Positions 19,820 through 29,700 of a stretch of DNA of 64,000 nt are shown here, in pieces. Origin of the DNA: Phycisphaerae bacterium (lineage in GTDB: Bacteria > Planctomycetota > Phycisphaerae > UBA1845 > Fen-1342); NCBI GenBank assembly GCA_963675745.2, contig CAXXWX010000001.1, positions 96,001 through 160,000 on the forward strand, read 5' to 3'. A program made the translations under genes and the position numbers. The notes beneath the pieces are model-generated. The model was not told the DNA's origin and did not search any database. It was given only the letters and a program-made list of their open reading frames with translations. How positions within the stretch are numbered: position 1 is the stretch's first letter; each line of letters begins with the position of its first letter.

Positions 19820-20986
19820 CTATTCGGTCCCCAGCGCCTCCGCCAGCCGTGCGCTTATGTCCGGTTGATCGGATGCAACCGCGAGCGAGCGCCGCCAGGC
19901 GCTGATCGCCGCTTGTTGCAGATCATCACGCGCCGGATCGCGCTGATACAGGGACCAAGACAACGCCGCGAGCAGGTTCAGCGCCGGCGTGTGCCTGGGC
20001 CGCGCTTTGACGACACTGGCCGCCAGCTCGCGCGCCTCTACCAGCCGGCCCAGGTGCCGTAGCGCCAGGGCCTGATTGAGGACCAGGTCCAGGTCGTCTG
20101 GCGCAAGCGCGGCGGCCGCGGCGAAGTCGGTCGCGGCCGCCTCCCAGTCGCCCAGATCGGCGCTGACTTCGGCGCGATGGGCATGTGCGTCGATGTCCGT
20201 GGGCCGGAGTGCGATCACCTGATCCCAGGCATTGCGCGCCGCCGCCAGACGCCCAAGAACCTGCCGGCAGACGGCGAGATTGTGCCAGGCATCGACACGC
20301 TGCGGGTCCAGCTTGACGACCGTATCAAGCGCGTCGGCCGCGCTGCCCCAGCGCTGTGAACGCATCAACGCACCGGCGAGGCGAAAACGCGCGGCCACAC
20401 TCTCGGGCTCAAGCGCGCACAGCCGTTCCAGCAGGTCGGCGGCTTCCGACCAGCGCTTGAGCCCATCAAGCGCCTCGACGGCATCACGCAGCGCCGCGGA
20501 GTTGTAAGGCTCCGTGGCGAGCGTCCGTTTGGCGATGTCGAGTTGCCGCTCCAGCCGTAGTTGGTTTGCATCACTCGTCCAGTGAACCGGCGTAGGGTCT
20601 GGCTCGGAGGGCGGCTCGCGGGAAACTTCCACGTCTTGAGACGGCGTCGTAGCAGGACTCGACGGATTCCCCGCCGGGTGCCCCGCGGCTTGCCGTGGGG
20701 GACGGGCTTGGGACACTTGTTGCTCTTGAGAGTCGTGAGAGTCAGTCCCCCACCCCAAGGAGTGGGGCACCCGCCGAGGGTCCGTTTGCGGGGCTTGAGT
20801 CGCCACAGGGGCTCGACCAACAGCAACGTCAGCCGCTGCGGTGTCGGGCGCAGGTGCCGATGTGGGCGCCGCCGGTGCTTGCGGCCGCGTGCGCAAGGCT
20901 GTCCATACCTGCCAGCCGGCCAATACGGCCATCAGCACGCATGCCCCGACGACGGCTGCTATCAGCCTCATACTCGGTCCATCCAC
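19820..20986 (-). CDS. Membrane-anchored TPR protein
   Basis: N-terminal hydrophobic helix, Pro/Ala/Gln-rich linker, then about 6-7 TPR-like repeats (e.g. DAWHNLAVCRQVLGRLAAARNAWDQVIALRP). Confidence 0.8.
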   Translation of the reverse strand: MDGPSMRLIAAVVGACVLMAVLAGWQVWTALRTRPQAPAAPTSAPAPDTAAADVAVGRAPVATQAPQTDPRRVPHSLGWGTDSHDSQEQQVSQARPPRQAAGHPAGNPSSPATTPSQDVEVSREPPSEPDPTPVHWTSDANQLRLERQLDIAKRTLATEPYNSAALRDAVEALDGLKRWSEAADLLERLCALEPESVAARFRLAGALMRSQRWGSAADALDTVVKLDPQRVDAWHNLAVCRQVLGRLAAARNAWDQVIALRPTDIDAHAHRAEVSADLGDWEAAATDFAAAAALAPDDLDLVLNQALALRHLGRLVEARELAASVVKARPRHTPALNLLAALSWSLYQRDPARDDLQQAAISAWRRSLAVASDQPDISARLAEALGTE

Positions 20987-21023
20987 ATACCTGCCAAAGC
21001 ACGCCCCGGTTCCGCGTGGGCAC

Positions 21024-23777
21024 TCACGTTACGTGCAGTGCCTCAACCACATTCGTACGCGCCGCGCGCCGGGCGGGAAGCATGCCGGCGAGCACACATA
21101 GTCCCACGGTCAACACGACCGACCACGCCAGGAATCCCCACGGCAAGTGCAGCGCGATCGAGAATCCCCACATGCGTTCGGTCAGGAGTGTGGTATTCGC
21201 CGCCAGGTGCAAGCCCAGCCCGATGCCCAACGCGCTGCCGATCAGTCCCAGCACGAGTGCTTCGCCGATTACCAGCCGCAGAATCTGTCCGCGCGTGGCA
21301 CCGATCGCCCGCAACATGGCGAGCTGTTTGGCCCGACTGGTAACGTTGGCGGTCATCAGATTCGCCACACCCAACGCCGCAACTATCAAGGCCATGGACG
21401 GCACCATCGTGAGTAGACGCGTCACGTTGGTGAGTTGGCTGTCGATTTCATCCTTCAGTTCGGCGACGGTGCCGTAGTTGGCATACGGCGAGCCGAGCGC
21501 GACGGCAATCTCGTGCAGCTTGTCGCGCTCGCGGAAGCGCATCCAGCGGCGTTCAATGGGGATGTTGCGATCGTAATAGGCCTCGTCGTAGCGAACGCTG
21601 AGGTACTCCCAATTCTCCTGCGCGGGCGGCCACCCATCCGGCACGGGTTCCGGCGGCAGGTCGAAGTTCGCCAGCAGGATACGCCGACCTGTCAGGTTGA
21701 ACAGCGCCTCCATGTCCGCGTTGGTCCCGATGACCGACCCGGACGCGACGACCTGCATCTGCGAATTCAACTCGAAGTAGTTGGCCGCGATGTCGAGGGC
21801 CGGCGATGTCACCACCGCGGCGATTTTGAACTTAAACGGCCGATTGGCGAAATACACAGTGATCTCGTCGCCCAGATGCTTGTCGCGCGAACGGGCAAAA
21901 TCATCGGCCACCAGTACGTGGCGGCCGCGCTCCAGCAAGGTTTCGGCGGCGGAGCGCTCGCCCTCCACAAAGGTGGCCTGGACGAGATCGAGAAACTGGT
22001 GCGGCTCGATTCCAAGAAACCACGTGAGGCCGATCTGATACTTCTGGAGCATGGGGGGACGTTCGATCACGCTCACATTGACCGCGTTACAAGTCGTGAA
22101 CGATTCGATCCCGGAGATGCCCGCTATTACTTCGTCGCAATCATCCGGGCCCGGGCGCATCTGGTCGATACTCCAGATGAATGCCGCCGGGAACTTCTTC
22201 GGAAACTGCCATCCCCCCTTGAAGCTCTCGCTGAACACCATCAGGCCGACGATCAACGACAGGCCGACCATGAGTCCGCAGGCGATTCCGGTCGAGCGCC
22301 AGACGGCGTGTCCTACCTGGTCCTGCAGCAGCCGCGTACGCACCACCAGCACACGTGCGGCCAGCACAACGGCCAACGAACCGATGATCCAAACCACCAG
22401 CGGTGCCGCGCACGCGTATGCCAGGTAGAGCAGCACGATCGCCAGCGACGCGCTGTGCACGAAGTTCGGCGAGCGCATGACCCAGAACTCCAGCACGTGT
22501 CCCTGGGCGAGGATCAGTGCGAGGGCCAGGGCAAACGCCGCCCACAACCAGACGGTTCGCGGTTTGCGGGCGCGCGGGTGCGCGGCCTCGAGTGGCGAAA
22601 CGGTCAGGGCGGCAAACATCGGCAGCACGGCGGCCACGAGTGTGGTCGCCAGCCCGCCGATCACCGCCAGTAGAATCCCCGCGCTGCTGACTGTGAATCC
22701 ACCCACGTACTGCGGCGCAAGCCAGACGCTGATCAGGGCCATGCCGAGGCCGATCGGCACGCCGGCGATCACGCCGATGGCGCCGAGCGGTGCGACTTCG
22801 AGCCCCACCAGGATAGCAAGCTGCCGGCCGGTTACGCCAACGCAACGCATCAGGCCCAGTTGCGAGATGCGCTCAATCATCCCCATGCTCAGCGTGCTGA
22901 GAATGATGAACAGGGCCGTCAACATCGCGACCGAGCTGAGCAGCGCGAGGACGAGCTCCTGCTGGCTCTGAGCGGCCTTGATCTGTTGCATGCGCCCCGC
23001 CGTGCTGCGCACAGTGGCGGTCTTGCCGGAAAGGCGTTGGCGAATTGTTGCGATAACGTTGCGTTGCGTCTGCCGGATGCCCTCCACGCTGTCGTCCGCC
23101 GAAACAACGTCGATTGATGAGATCAGGTATGGTTCATCGGTGATGGCCTGAAGCGTGCGCAACGGGAGCAGCGCGAGCCCTTTCTGGAATCGGGCGATAC
23201 GCCGGCGCTCCACCAGGCCGACAATGCGCAGCGCGCGCGGGTCTCGGCCACCGTGACGCCAGACGAGTAACACATCGCCGACGCCCACACCGTGCTCGTC
23301 GGCCAGGTCATGCTCCAGCACGCAAGCGTCCTCATCATCGCCGGCGAGCATCTGGCCGGCGGTGATGGGCCAGTCACGCACGTACGGCTCACGTGCTGGG
23401 TCTATTCCATAGAAGTCGACTTTGGGTGTCCACTCGTTCAGGCGCGGGGGATGGGCGGCGTCCGCGGCTTTGATCGGCAGTCCGGGCAAACGCCGGCTCA
23501 TCAGCGGTGCGGCGTGGCGCACACCGTCGGTCTTTTCGATGTCGCGGACCAGCAGGTGTGAGAGCTTGCCCGCGCTGCCGAGGGTTGACTCGACACTGAT
23601 GTGGCTCTTGCCGATGTACTGATTGGCCCAGTCGAGCACGGTCGTGCGGACGGATTCGAACGAGCAGGTGACCCAGACCACGGCACCGGTGCCGAGCGCG
23701 ATGGCCAGTATGGCCCCGCACGTGCGCACCGGGCGCGCTTTCCAGTTCTTGGTGGCCAGTTGCGACCAGTGCTGCAT
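21024..23777 (-). CDS. ABC transporter permease, FtsX/MacB/LolE family (duplicated)
   Basis: Two FtsX-type blocks (ERISQLGLMRCVG; SRAKQLAMLRAIGATRGQI...EA), C-terminal PARRAAR, and two periplasmic domains. Confidence 0.9.
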   Translation of the reverse strand: MQHWSQLATKNWKARPVRTCGAILAIALGTGAVVWVTCSFESVRTTVLDWANQYIGKSHISVESTLGSAGKLSHLLVRDIEKTDGVRHAAPLMSRRLPGLPIKAADAAHPPRLNEWTPKVDFYGIDPAREPYVRDWPITAGQMLAGDDEDACVLEHDLADEHGVGVGDVLLVWRHGGRDPRALRIVGLVERRRIARFQKGLALLPLRTLQAITDEPYLISSIDVVSADDSVEGIRQTQRNVIATIRQRLSGKTATVRSTAGRMQQIKAAQSQQELVLALLSSVAMLTALFIILSTLSMGMIERISQLGLMRCVGVTGRQLAILVGLEVAPLGAIGVIAGVPIGLGMALISVWLAPQYVGGFTVSSAGILLAVIGGLATTLVAAVLPMFAALTVSPLEAAHPRARKPRTVWLWAAFALALALILAQGHVLEFWVMRSPNFVHSASLAIVLLYLAYACAAPLVVWIIGSLAVVLAARVLVVRTRLLQDQVGHAVWRSTGIACGLMVGLSLIVGLMVFSESFKGGWQFPKKFPAAFIWSIDQMRPGPDDCDEVIAGISGIESFTTCNAVNVSVIERPPMLQKYQIGLTWFLGIEPHQFLDLVQATFVEGERSAAETLLERGRHVLVADDFARSRDKHLGDEITVYFANRPFKFKIAAVVTSPALDIAANYFELNSQMQVVASGSVIGTNADMEALFNLTGRRILLANFDLPPEPVPDGWPPAQENWEYLSVRYDEAYYDRNIPIERRWMRFRERDKLHEIAVALGSPYANYGTVAELKDEIDSQLTNVTRLLTMVPSMALIVAALGVANLMTANVTSRAKQLAMLRAIGATRGQILRLVIGEALVLGLIGSALGIGLGLHLAANTTLLTERMWGFSIALHLPWGFLAWSVVLTVGLCVLAGMLPARRAARTNVVEALHVT

Positions 23778-23790
23778 CCGGCCCTCCAGG

Positions 23791-24579
23791 CTAGCCTGCC
23801 AGATCCTGATAGCGCGCGGTAACCGTGGCCACGTCGTCCGGACCGGTCGGCTCGACGCCGCCCACTACGCGGCCGTCCTTGAGAATCACAACGGCACCGG
23901 CGTAGGCGGCGCCATTTGCCTCGTGAGTGACCATCAGGATTGTCTTGCGTTGCTCGTTGGCAACACGCCGCAAGAGGTCCCAGATCTGCGCCGACTGCTT
24001 CGAGTCGAGATTGCCGGTCGGTTCGTCGGCCAGAATGATGGCGGGGTCGTTCAGCAGTGCCCGTGCAATCGCCACGCGCTGTTGCTCACCGCCGGAGAGC
24101 GCGTCGGGGCGATGCTCGGCGCGCGTTTCCAGGTGTACGAGCGCCAGCAGTTCATCAACACGAGATGAGATTCTTCGCAACGGCGTGCCGTCCACGAGCA
24201 TGGGCAGTGCCACATTCTCGCGCGCCGTCAACGTCGGCAGCAGGTTGTAATCCTGAAAGATGATGCCCATGCGGCGACGGCGAAAGATCGTGCGCGTGCG
24301 GTCCGACATGCGCGCGAGGTTTCGGCCTTCGACGACGACCTCGCCGGCGGTCGGCGGTGTCAGCCCGCCGACCAGGTGCAACAGGGTGCTCTTGCCCGAA
24401 CCGCTGGCCCCCATTATCGCGGTGAACGAGCCCGCGGCCACGCGTAGATCCAAACCGTCGAGGGCCACGACGCGCAGACCTGAGGTGTCGTAGACCTTCT
24501 GGACGCCGTTGACCTCGAGGACCACATCGGTCGGCGGCTGACTGTCGGTGGCTGCATTCGCGGCATTCGGTTCAAGCAT
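23791..24579 (-). CDS. ABC transporter ATP-binding protein, LolD/MacB family
   Basis: [33 protein letters not shown] and MVTH. Confidence 0.93.
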   Translation of the reverse strand: MLEPNAANAATDSQPPTDVVLEVNGVQKVYDTSGLRVVALDGLDLRVAAGSFTAIMGASGSGKSTLLHLVGGLTPPTAGEVVVEGRNLARMSDRTRTIFRRRRMGIIFQDYNLLPTLTARENVALPMLVDGTPLRRISSRVDELLALVHLETRAEHRPDALSGGEQQRVAIARALLNDPAIILADEPTGNLDSKQSAQIWDLLRRVANEQRKTILMVTHEANGAAYAGAVVILKDGRVVGGVEPTGPDDVATVTARYQDLAG

Positions 24580-24699
24580 TGGGGCAGTGTATGCCTGGAC
24601 GGCGCCCGGCTCAACGCGCCGCCGTGACCTAGAGAGAGTGCATGCTGGCTAAACACGTCCGACTCTGGGGGGGCGGACGCTACGGGAGAGCATACCACC

Positions 24700-26697
24700 C
24701 TAGCGACCAGTGTTTACGCAAAGCGGGACGAGGGGCGTTGGGGTGCCGCGCTTGGCGTTCATCAGGTCCATGAAGCGGCTCGTGGCGCTGCGGCGACCCT
24801 CCTCCATCGACACAAGCTGAAGCGCGATGGGTTTATCGGAAAGCACGGCAACCTCGGCCCCGGCGCGCAGCGTGGTCGGCGACGCCGCCAGCGACGGGAG
24901 ATCAACGCCACGTTGCAGCGCGGCGCGGTACCACGTGCGCAAGGATTCATCGAGCGTCCAGGCCGACGTCGTCAGAACCGTGGCGGAAGGCATGTATATG
25001 ACCCAGCTCGGCGGCGTGGTGCTGCGCCATTCGGTGCCGGCCAGCAACGTGCCTTGCTCAAAACCAAACCAGGTACCGGTCAGCGGCGCGTCAGAGGCGA
25101 TGATGATGCGCGGATCCTTGAGCCCCGCGGGCGGACCGGGAGCCGCCAGGGCCACGCGCAACACCTGCTCGGGACTGGTCTGCGGCGGGATGATCTTCTG
25201 CAAATACTGATCGGTGTATTCAACCGTGGCCATGCGGGCGGCGTACTGCTCGCGATACACGGCCACGCCGCAATACCGCGGCGCGCTGCCGGGCGTGCTG
25301 CCGCGCAGCTCAAACATCTCGACAAAGAGATAAATGAGCTGGCTTTCGCCTAGCTCGCTCTTCAACTGGGCGATGCTCAGCGGCGCGATGTTCACGCCGA
25401 GCTCGGCGGCCTTGGCTCGCTGGATGCTGGCAAACAGCGCATCGGCGGCGCGCAGGTCGGTCACGTTACCTGCGCTGGAAAGCTGCTGCTCGACGGTTGC
25501 CTGGGCGGCAGCCCGCTCCTGCCGGGAGCGACCGCGAAAGGTCGAGGTGAGCGGCAAGCGTGCGGGTTCGACGTAGCGCCCCGCGGCGGCGCGCGCCGCC
25601 CAGCCGTTCTGCGGGTCAGCGACCGCATCCCAGCCGCGGCCGTCCACAGCACGCACCGCCTGGACCAGCGGCGTCACTTGTGCGGCCAATTGCTGACGCG
25701 CGGTCGAATCCGCCTCGTCACCGGCCGAAAGCAACCGCGCCAAAGCGGACCAGATGCGCAGATTGTCTTGTTCGAGACGATCGGCCATCTGCGACCACGC
25801 CTGCGGCGTGTCGGTGTAAGGTATCGGGCTGGCGGTTGCGGCGCGATCGGTGGCATCAACACCGATGGCACGGTCCAGCAGAGCCGCGGCGATCTGGAAT
25901 GACCAGTCCACCGCCTGGCGCTGCTCGGGCAGACTGATCGGCCCGGCCGGGTTTGATGTCCAGGTTGCGTGCTCGGCGATCAGGTCATTTCGCAGTGCCA
26001 GCAGGCGGGGGAAAGCGGCCAGATCGGGAGAACTTGTCAAGCTCGCCAGGGTTGTCCGCGGTGCATCCCACACCTGCGGATCACGTCGGGGGATCAGCTT
26101 CGCGGTTGGCACGCCGCGCGAAAGCAGCGTGAACTTGACGTACGCTTCGAGATCATAGTAGTTGGCCTGCGCGTCCATCCATTGGCGCAGGGCATCTGGA
26201 TCGGTGATGTCGTCGGTCGCCTGAAGTTGCGCGATGAGCTCGTCGAGCAGAGCCAGCTCGTCACCGCACGCGCTCAACAGCCCCGTCCAGCGCTCTGACG
26301 CGGCCTCGGCCAACTGCTGGGCGGCCGCGCGGCCGTTAGGTTGCTGCCGCGTGTAGCGCACCTGCTCGACCAGCCAACGGGCCTGGTCACACGGTGTCGA
26401 CAGCAGCCGGCTAAGTTCGATTAAATCAGCGGGTGGCAGGAATTCGTCGCCCGCGGCACCGCGCAGCGTCTGCACGATTGCGTTGAGCGCCTCGCGCTCG
26501 GCGGGTTCCTGATACGCGGGTTGATTCGCCTGGGCCACGGCGGGGCCGGCAAATGCGGTCAGCAGCGCCAGGCACACAAGCAGTTGAGCCGATCGCCGAA
26601 GACAGGTTGTACCGGTCGTTAACACGCTAAGCCGCTCGCGGACAACACACACGCAGAACCTCGCGGCGGCACCGCACCACCGCCTCCCGCTTCGCAT
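24700..26697 (-). CDS. Exported helical protein with degenerate CHAT-like C-terminal region
   Basis: Signal-like LLVCLALLTAFAGPAVAQ (true start may be GTG 26625). C-terminal LSIAQLKSEL, RIIIASDAPL and VIYMPSATVL resemble CHAT-domain strands. Confidence 0.55.
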   Translation of the reverse strand: MRSGRRWCGAAARFCVCVVRERLSVLTTGTTCLRRSAQLLVCLALLTAFAGPAVAQANQPAYQEPAEREALNAIVQTLRGAAGDEFLPPADLIELSRLLSTPCDQARWLVEQVRYTRQQPNGRAAAQQLAEAASERWTGLLSACGDELALLDELIAQLQATDDITDPDALRQWMDAQANYYDLEAYVKFTLLSRGVPTAKLIPRRDPQVWDAPRTTLASLTSSPDLAAFPRLLALRNDLIAEHATWTSNPAGPISLPEQRQAVDWSFQIAAALLDRAIGVDATDRAATASPIPYTDTPQAWSQMADRLEQDNLRIWSALARLLSAGDEADSTARQQLAAQVTPLVQAVRAVDGRGWDAVADPQNGWAARAAAGRYVEPARLPLTSTFRGRSRQERAAAQATVEQQLSSAGNVTDLRAADALFASIQRAKAAELGVNIAPLSIAQLKSELGESQLIYLFVEMFELRGSTPGSAPRYCGVAVYREQYAARMATVEYTDQYLQKIIPPQTSPEQVLRVALAAPGPPAGLKDPRIIIASDAPLTGTWFGFEQGTLLAGTEWRSTTPPSWVIYMPSATVLTTSAWTLDESLRTWYRAALQRGVDLPSLAASPTTLRAGAEVAVLSDKPIALQLVSMEEGRRSATSRFMDLMNAKRGTPTPLVPLCVNTGR

Positions 26698-26763
26698 CCC
26701 GGGAACGCCGTCCAGGTCTCACCGACCGGCGGAGCCGATCGGTGAAACGTGGACAGCTATTGA

Positions 26764-29700
26764 TCAGCGACGACGACGCTCGCTCTGCCGCAGCAGGTGC
26801 AGCCCGACGAGGCAGGCGACGATCACCGGCATCATTGCGAATCCGCAGAACGGAACCGCCGGCGCCGGCTGCGCCTCGGTCGGGCTCTGTGCGAGCGGAT
26901 CGAGCTCGTTGGGCACGCCGTCATTGTCGAGGTCGGCATCACAAGCGTCACCAAGTCCATCGCCGTCATAGTCAAGCTGGTTGGCGTTGCTGGCGGTCGG
27001 GCAGTTGTCAGTCGGAATGAGCTGCTCGGTGGGATCATCGAGCAAATCTAGCCAACCGTTGCCCACGATGGCCCCGTTGGTGTCGCGGATCAGGCGATAG
27101 GTCCCAAACAGCGCCGCGCCCTGATTGGCGCTGCCGGCGCGGGGGTCAAACGGTCCGGCGGTGCCCTGACCGAGGCCGCCGACGTCGTAGCCGTCACTTA
27201 GCGTGCCATCGTTGCTGAAGTCGATGCCGAAGGCTTGCTCCAGGGTGGCCTCGTTGTAGCGTGTGAAGTCCGGGAACCCGTCGCCGTTGGCATCCGGCGC
27301 CTCGAGGACGCCGTCGCCATCCTGGTCGAAGTCCAGCAGCAATCGCTGGAACTCGGCTATGGTGGCGGGGAAGTCGTCGACATTCTCGCCGGCCGCCTGG
27401 AAGTCGGCGCGGAACTGAGTCAGGTCGGCGTCATCAAACACACCGTCGCCGTTGGCATCAAACCCCCAGCGGGCGGGGTTGATCTGCGGCGCGGGATCAG
27501 TCGCGTCCGGCAGGCCGTCCTCATCAGTATCGGCCAGCGTCGGGTCGGTGCGGATACCCGGAATCGGCTTGCTGACCGCCCGGCCGCGCCGGGCGATGAG
27601 ATCGCTCAAGCCGATGCTCTCGGTAACGAGGCTGGCAAAGTCCAGATCGCCGTTGGCATTCAGATCTTCGCCGTCGTTCAGCGCTCCGTCGCCGTTGGCA
27701 TCCTCGGCGAGAATAGCCCAGCGCGCCCAGGTGTTGACCTCATCCCAGTCACTGATGCCATCGCCATCCGTATCGGCGACGCGTGGGTTGGTCATCACGC
27801 GAGTGACATACTGGCTCTGGAAGCGGCCGGAAATGGAATCAGCCGGGAAGCGCGTCAGCGTGAAGCCGTCGCCTTCCTCCTTGTCACTGAGTCCGTCGCC
27901 ATCGGTGTCCCACATGCGCGGGTCGGTTTCGTTGGCATCGACAACGCCATCCCGGTTGACGTCTTCCTCGCCATCGGTCAGACCATCATTGTCGGTATCC
28001 GAATCAGCGGGATTGGTGTTGATCTGCCGTTCGAGCGAATCACTGAGACCGTCGTCATCCGTGTCGATCTCGGTATCGAACGTGCGCGTGTTCTCCGCCG
28101 GAATCTCGGGTGAGCCGGCGTTGTCGGCCGGGAAGACCACACCGGCCGGGATCAGGAAGCCTTCTTCCTCGTCACGCCGGATCAACCCGTCGCCGTCGAT
28201 ATCGGCGTTCGGGTCGGCGGTGGAGTTCGGCGTGGCCGCGATGTTGTTGGTCTCATCCTGCTCGGTCACGGCGGCGCCATCATCGATCTGGGCCTTGAGG
28301 AAGAAGTTGACATCCGCAAACGCCGTCGACGGGATGTTCAGCGTGACCGTGCGTGAGTGAGCACCGACGGTCTTGTCGGCGGCGTCGGTAATGGTGACCG
28401 TCGCAAACTGGACATCACCGGCGAGCGAGTCGATGTCCGAATCCGCCGACACGTAGAAAGCGATGGTGAAGTCCTCGCTGACCTGGTTCTCGTTGACGCT
28501 GTAGTTGATTGTCGCGCTGAAGTCCTCATCAAGCGCCGTGCCGGGGAACGCCAGACGCGTGAGCACCAGATCGACCGTGAAGGCCTCGGCCGTGCTGGCG
28601 ACGTTGTTGGTGACCTCTTCCGACTCGGTCACGAGCCCGACCGGGTCAAGCTCGGCGACAACAACCACATTGCTGGCGGTGGTGATGCCGCGGGACAGGA
28701 ATTCGGTTGGCAGGTCGATGGTCATGGTGTGCGCGCTGGGCGTCACCTGATCGGCGGCGGTCACCGTATCGCGGAGCACATCATCGATCGCGCCGTCGCC
28801 GGTCGTATCCAAGCCGAGCCGCACGGTGAAGCTGGGCACGTCAGCGGGACTGTTGACGACGTAGGTGACCCGGGCGCTCGATGAAGCGCCGCGGATACTC
28901 GCAATCACGAGCTCGACGGCCAGATCAACGTTGAGCGTCCTCGTCGCGAAGTTGTCGGTTTCGATCGTCTCGAGAATCGCGTTGGCGCTGTCGAGCTGCA
29001 CGACAAGCTGGTCGCCGTTGCGGACGATGCCGTTCAGATCCGGCCGTATATCGCCGAGCGAAACCGTATGCACACCAGGCGCCCGCGAACTGGCGTCGTT
29101 GACGTCCACGAATCCAAACTCGGTATCGATCGGCGTGGCATTGTTCGGGTCGCGCTCCAGACCGAACGTGATGCGGAATGGATCGACGGTGGTCGAACCG
29201 GTGACGGTGTATGTGATCGACAAATCCGTGGTTGTGCTGGTCTGTGCCAGCGTGATCGTGGGACCTGAGAGGTCGGTACCCGCGGTGATGCTGAACAAAT
29301 TCGAATTTACGGTGAGCGCTGCGGAGGTGGCGGTCAGCCGATAGCCGCTGCACACCGTATCAACCGTCAGGTTTTCGGTGGCGGTCCACTCCGCCAAGCC
29401 GGCGACGGCATTGATGGTGGCCGTACCGCCAAGCGTGCCGCCACAGCCCGCCGGGTTCACCAGCGTCAGCGCGATGGGGTCGTTGTTACCAACCACGCGG
29501 TTGTTGGAGGCGTCGATGACCTCCACGGAGACCACGAGCGGCGTGCTGATGTCAGAGTTAGAGGGCTGGACAACATAGCGCAGGCCGGTGGCCGCGCCCG
29601 GATCGAAGACGATCGTCGCCTGCTGGGTAATGGTCACGCTATCGGTAGCATCGATCGCGCGGAGGGTAACCGTCTTGGCTTCGGTGGCGGTCACGTCGAA

